A DNA stretch of 64,000 nt. Origin: Rhina ancylostomus. Lineage: Eukaryota. The stretch lies in assembly GCA_030265395.1 (NCBI GenBank), contig JARFYF010000017.1, positions 41,648,209 through 41,712,208 on the forward strand, given 5' to 3'. The notes under the pieces were generated by a model. The model did no database searches, was not told the origin of the DNA, and was given only the letters and a program-made list of their open reading frames with translations. The translations under genes and the position numbers were made by a program. Within the stretch, counting starts at the first letter, position 1. Every line of letters starts with the position of its first letter. Positions 63,011 through 64,000 of this stretch are shown here, piece by piece.

Positions 63011-64000
63011 TAAAACCAGAGAGGAAGCAAGTAATCCTCAAACTCGAGGGAGTGCCAAGGAGAAAGAAGCCTTGTTTGTTGGTTAGGAAGTGGAAAGAGA
63101 ACAATTTGGCAAGCAATTGCCTTGGCAATGTTTCCTTTCAGACTCAGAGTTAATCCACTGGTTACAATCCCAATTTCTTTTCTTCCAGCACTACTTTTTG
63201 TATTCCTACTTTATGATAAAATCTGATTCTATCCCTTACAGACTTCAAGTCTGTATAGTGTTTGTGACCAGGAGATTTTAACAGCAACCTCCCCTTGCCT
63301 CTACTGTGTATAAAGGAAAGTATTGCTCATTGCTTCGTGATTGTACTGTTAATTTTTCTTTCAGTGAAGTGGTTCAGAAATCTAAATTCTTCAAACCAAT
63401 CTAAATTCTATTGTCTGGTTCAGGTCCATTTAACACCGGATGTGGCTCAATTAACCTGGTAGCTGGCCCAACTGAGCATCACTGTTGGTGTCACTTCAGT
63501 GAAGACTTGATCAGTTGAGTATTTCCATTTTTCAGCAAATGTGGCCTGTGGGGATGGACACATGACACATCACTGAGAGGAAATCAGCAATAAATGTTCC
63601 CTCTGCATGTCATGTTCAAAGTGATGCCTTAGGCCAATAACTAAGACTGTCACTTGTGTCTTCATTTGGAAGGAATGGGTCAACGGCAGGAACAGAAAGC
63701 CTTTGAGATCTGATTTGCCCAGAAGCAGGAAATGTATTGTGTGTTGGGTTTCTCTTAGTATTGGCCTAATTCATGATGGGGACAGCTCTATTGATTGGTC
63801 CTTAGTTTAGAGCTATTGAGGAGGTTTGGGGGATTTGCAGGGTGGGAGGTGACAAATTTGATTCTGCTTTTTATATATTTTTAAAAAAAGAAGCTTGATT
63901 CCCTCTGGAAGAATAATCCCTGTTAAGAAAACAACTGTTTTCTGTTACCATCAGATCGTTCAGTTTGCCATAAGACCTGATTATGAGGTGCAAATGTCAC

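Overview
This window is eukaryotic, draft-assembled genomic DNA with many N gaps. The repeat content (V-domain/HE1-type SINEs, CR1 LINEs, Penelope-derived palindromes, Rex1/Babar, RTE) points to a cartilaginous fish, probably a shark or ray (inference). One protein-coding gene is well supported: TRADD on the + strand. Its four coding exons (1380-1515, 3700-3968, 6736-6979, 14917-15206) have GT-AG junctions and phases 1/0/1, and splice to 939 nt, i.e. 312 aa plus stop, with an N-terminal TRADD-N domain and a C-terminal death domain. The rest is repeat-rich intronic or intergenic sequence, plus a CpG island at about 52.3-53.9 kb holding a probable non-coding first exon of the next + strand gene (B3GNT9 by human synteny, inference only). 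The most notable observations are: two R2-like retrotransposon relics outside 28S rDNA; many Penelope-derived palindromic elements carrying minimal hammerhead-ribozyme cores; a 66-bp inverted templated insertion; a MITE-like long inverted repeat; a CCAAT-bearing minisatellite upstream of the CpG-island promoter; and substitutions at TRAF2-contact positions of TRADD. I found no prokaryote-type system (CRISPR, defence island). Repeat boundaries are approximate and were read by eye.
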